A stretch of DNA of 64,000 nucleotides from Bacteroidales bacterium (GTDB lineage Bacteria > Bacteroidota > Bacteroidia > Bacteroidales > WCHB1-69): NCBI GenBank assembly GCA_017535665.1, contig JAFXTS010000015.1, positions 9,462-73,461 on the forward strand. Reading direction: 5' to 3'. Below the pieces are notes generated by a model. It saw only the letters and a list, made by a program, of their open reading frames with translations, did no database searches and was not told the DNA's origin. This document shows positions 62,602 to 64,000 of the stretch, one piece after another. Position 1 is the first letter of the stretch, and each line of letters starts with the position of its first letter. Position numbers and translations under genes: made by a program.

Positions 62602-64000
62602 ATGGTAAAAAAGTTACTCTTGACGCTCTTAGTGGTCATTCTTGGTAGCAGTATTTTGCACGGCCAAGGTACAATCAAGGGAACCGTAAAGGACCAGACA
62701 GGTGTAGGTTTGAGCTACATCTACGTGTACCTGAAAAAAGATGGCAACGATGTCAATTATGCGATGACAGATGGCGATGGCAAATACCAATTATTTGGTG
62801 TCGCTCCTGGTACGTATGAATTGGTTTTCGATGCCGAATCAAGCCAGTGCGGCAAAAAGAAAACGATCAGCAACTACCAGTACAATGGCCAAACCAAGAT
62901 TGAGGATGCCGAAATCAATTGCGGTGCCGATGTTATTGATGCAGACGTTACAATCGTCTACCACCGACCGCTCATCGACGCGGATAATACAAAGACGGCC
63001 ACGATCCTCGATGCCGACGCTGTACGTAAGCAGCCCGGCCACGATGTCACAGGTGCTATCTCCACCGCAGCAGGTGTAACTGCTATCGACGGTAAGATGC
63101 AGTCGGTGCGTGGTAACCGTTCCGATGGTCAGAAAACTATGATCGACGGTGTGGTCGTTCGTGGTACCGGCGGCGTTTCCATGGCCTCCATCGAGCAGGT
63201 CGAGTTGATCCAGGGTGGTATCCCCGCTGAGTATGGTGACGGTAACTCCTTTACCATCATCACCACCAAGGGTATCTCCAAAGACCTCCACGGTTCTGTG
63301 GAGTTGATGGGTTCCCTCGAAGGCTATAACAACTTCCTCGCCTCCGTCTCCCTCACCGGCCCCCTGATGAAACCGAAGAGCAAAACGCAGCCTGTCCGCG
63401 TTGGTTTCCTCCTTACCGGTGATATCAGCTACGATAAGGATGCATCTCCCGCTCAGGGTGGTACTTGGAGAGCTTCTCAAGAAGCTATCGACTACCTTAT
63501 CCAAAATCCTTATCGCTACAGCGCAACAGAATTCGGCGCCCACTATTCCAACGCTGAATACATGCAGAGCGAGAATTTCAAAAAACAGCGCGTGAGAGAT
63601 AACGCCGGTCAGCTCAATTACCTCATCCAGGCTAAACTCGACTTCCTCCTTGGCGAACAAAACAATATCAGCATGTCTATCGGTGGTATGTATGAGTTCA
63701 CCCGCTACAGAAATTGGGGTACCTACTATTCCCTCTTCAACGCTCAGAACAATAGCCAAAGCCAAGTCAACACCTGGCGTGTGAATGCCCGTTGGCAACA
63801 CCGTATCCCCCTCAAGAACGATTCCATTATTAAAAATATAATGTATAATATTAATGTTAATTATACACATTATAATACATGGCAGCGTGATATGAGACAT
63901 AAGACCAACCTCTTCGAGTATGGTCATATCGGTTATTATAAGACTACCAGAGCTAAATCTTTCATCGTGGACTCCATCACCATTGATGGCATCACGATCT
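62602..64000 (+). CDS. TonB-dependent receptor-like outer membrane protein (CarboxypepD_reg domain plus plug); 3' end outside the window
   Basis: This ORF is not in the supplied track because it runs off the window. I translated it codon by codon from 63061 to 64000 and read the 62602-63060 part less rigorously, and saw no stop in either part. Signal peptide MVKKLLLTLLVVILGSSILHGQ, GTIKGTVKDQTG...DGDGKYQL, and plug motifs GKMQSVRGNR and IEQVELIQGGIPAEYGD. Confidence 0.8.
   Translation, partial: MVKKLLLTLLVVILGSSILHGQGTIKGTVKDQTGVGLSYIYVYLKKDGNDVNYAMTDGDGKYQLFGVAPGTYELVFDAESSQCGKKKTISNYQYNGQTKIEDAEINCGADVIDADVTIVYHRPLIDADNTKTATILDADAVRKQPGHDVTGAISTAAGVTAIDGKMQSVRGNRSDGQKTMIDGVVVRGTGGVSMASIEQVELIQGGIPAEYGDGNSFTIITTKGISKDLHGSVELMGSLEGYNNFLASVSLTGPLMKPKSKTQPVRVGFLLTGDISYDKDASPAQGGTWRASQEAIDYLIQNPYRYSATEFGAHYSNAEYMQSENFKKQRVRDNAGQLNYLIQAKLDFLLGEQNNISMSIGGMYEFTRYRNWGTYYSLFNAQNNSQSQVNTWRVNARWQHRIPLKNDSIIKNIMYNINVNYTHYNTWQRDMRHKTNLFEYGHIGYYKTTRAKSFIVDSITIDGITI

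Overview
This window looks like core chromosome from a Bacteroidota (Bacteroidales-like) bacterium. That assignment is inference from four things: repeated TAnnTTTG -7 promoter motifs directly upstream of many genes, no Shine-Dalgarno sequences, a T9SS C-terminal sorting domain, and Bacteroidota-typical neighbourhoods (secE-nusG-rplKAJL-rpoBC followed by DUF3467; bamD-rpoZ-coaBC-DUF4835-recN).

Recognisable housekeeping genes:
- rlmD, dapB, glmM, a DPP-IV-type S9 peptidase, and the complete rif-region operon
- PNP, rnhA, prs, folA, rfbC, thpR, mazG, aroK, ybeY, mnmG
- comEC, bamD, rpoZ, coaBC, recN, mutS
- three tRNA genes (Thr-CGT, Cys-GCA, Arg-CCT)

I see no transposase, integrase, CRISPR array, rRNA or recognisable defence system, and I cannot point to a clear new multi-gene system.

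Signals most worth a second look:
1. A 413-bp A/T-rich non-coding gap (40740-41152) holds about 12 copies of a TTNTCAACA (DnaA-box-like) motif in both orientations.
2. A promoter-driven GC-rich structured island sits in the glmM/dpp4 spacer (candidate sRNA or 49-aa ORF).
3. A co-directional module runs WYL regulator, Zn-ribbon threonine-synthase-like PLP enzyme (possible cysteate synthase), polytopic membrane protein, then lipoproteins.
4. A DegT aminotransferase / P-loop kinase / radical-SAM / rfbC operon.
5. An exact 14-bp palindrome TTTTCACGTGAAAA recurs at the mnmG start codon and in the LytTR-regulator/comEC divergent region.
6. A stand-alone tRNA-Cys has a non-canonical D-loop and T-loop.
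7. A Cys-Cys-rich lipoprotein.

Many long ORFs in the supplied track are antisense shadows of strongly GC3-biased genes and were rejected. Several track N-termini (TTG/GTG extensions) were trimmed to internal ATGs that follow a promoter motif.
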